Of a DNA stretch of 64,000 nt, positions 63,085 to 64,000 are shown piece after piece; position 1 is the stretch's first letter; the number at the start of each line of letters is the position of its first letter. Both the position numbers and the translations under genes were made by a program. The notes under the pieces were generated by a model. It was not told where the DNA came from. It did not search any database and worked only from the letters and a program-made list of their open reading frames with translations. The DNA comes from an uncultured bacterium (GTDB taxonomy: Bacteria > Caldisericota > Caldisericia > JAAYUI01): contig CBDUSO010000002.1 of assembly GCA_965370295.1 (NCBI GenBank), positions 28,990 through 92,989 of the forward strand, given 5' to 3'.

Positions 63085-64000
63085 ATGACGGAAACAAGAA
63101 TCCCCCCATTTTCAATCGAATCGGAACAGGCAACACTCGGTGGAATACTGATTGATCCAGATGGATTTGCCAAACTGGAGGTCAGGTTATCCTCTGAAGA
63201 TTTTTACGAACCCAGGCACAAAACAATCTTTACTGCAATCGAAAAATTGTATGAAACATCAAGACCGGTTGATATGCTGACGGTTGCAGAAGAACTAAAA
63301 ATTCAAAAAAAGATTGACAGCATGGGCGGGATTGGCTATCTGATGGATTTGACAAACGCCACCCCAACATCTGCCAACCTGAACTACTATGCAAGCATCG
63401 TTTCCCAAAAATCCATCCTGAGAAATATTATTCGAGTTGGTGAAGAGATTGCAGGGATGGGCTACCAGGATGATATGGATTCCAACAACGCACTCGACAC
63501 CGCTGAGAGAAAAATATTTGAAATCTCACTCAAGAAAAAAACTGCAGGATTCACTCAACTTGGAAAACTCCTCGGTCCAGTAATCGACAGACTTGACGAG
63601 ATTCACAAATCCGGCACAGGGCTTACCGGACTCGCTTCCGGATTTTCGGATCTCGACAAGATGACAGCGGGATTCCAGGCATCAGACCTCATAATCCTTG
63701 CTGCAAGACCATCGGTTGGAAAATCTGCACTTGGAATCAACATCGCCTGCAACATCGCCAGAAAAGGGGATGGAGTTGCAATCTTCAGTCTTGAAATGTC
63801 AAAAGAATCCCTTGCACAAAGAATCATCAGCTCTGAAGCCAAAATAAATTCCCAGGACATGAGGCGAGGAAAACTCTCTGACGAAACCTGGGAACGAATG
63901 GCAAGAAAACTTGGAGACATCAATAAACTTCCCATCTACATCGATGATTCTGCCGACCTGACCGTCCTTGAACTCCGTGCCAAGGCAAGAAAACTTACGA
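63085..64000 (+). CDS. dnaB: Replicative DNA helicase DnaB (3' end runs off the window; not in ORF track)
   Basis: Manual translation MTETRIPPFSIESEQATLGGILID...EDFYEPRHKTIF...GLASGFSDLDKMTAGFQASDLIILAARPSVGKSA...FSLEMSKE...IYIDDS. Confidence 0.97.
   Translation, partial: MTETRIPPFSIESEQATLGGILIDPDGFAKLEVRLSSEDFYEPRHKTIFTAIEKLYETSRPVDMLTVAEELKIQKKIDSMGGIGYLMDLTNATPTSANLNYYASIVSQKSILRNIIRVGEEIAGMGYQDDMDSNNALDTAERKIFEISLKKKTAGFTQLGKLLGPVIDRLDEIHKSGTGLTGLASGFSDLDKMTAGFQASDLIILAARPSVGKSALGINIACNIARKGDGVAIFSLEMSKESLAQRIISSEAKINSQDMRRGKLSDETWERMARKLGDINKLPIYIDDSADLTVLELRAKARKLT

Noticed and set aside
63085-64000. Intein in DnaB at the Walker A site
   Set aside because: ARPSVGKSALG reads continuously; later insertion sites lie outside the window

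Overview
Bacterial chromosomal window using the standard genetic code. Five secreted proteins ending in copper-amine-oxidase-N-like 'stalk' domains, together with the general gene style, suggest a Caldisericota-like anaerobe; this is inference only. Housekeeping genes are pdxS (partial), a carbamate kinase, a cmk-plsC fusion, a fabZ-fabH-fabG-acpP-fabF-accD-accA operon, selA, nth, cinA, a Nif3-like gene and dnaB (partial). They are interleaved with large secreted modular surface proteins, signalling genes (orphan sigma54-type response regulator, hybrid kinase, WYL regulator) and candidate defence genes (Fic, SIR2-STAND-TPR, kinase-STAND-TPR, NucS-like nuclease). The most notable observations are: (1) a SIR2 domain fused to an AfsR/COG3903-type STAND ATPase and TPRs, two genes from a kinase-STAND-TPR gene; (2) about ten genes with the layout -35 / 16-17 bp / -10 / 6-7 nt / start codon and no Shine-Dalgarno, suggesting widespread leaderless mRNAs; (3) two families of extragenic palindromes, including a ~150-bp element whose direct copies bracket two VOC genes; (4) a module of two paralogous stand-alone membrane proteins plus two STAS/SEC14-like proteins; (5) two paralogous microproteins missed by the ORF track. 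No rRNA, tRNA, CRISPR array, transposase or reverse transcriptase was recognised. All domain calls are by-eye motif recognition; no searches were run.
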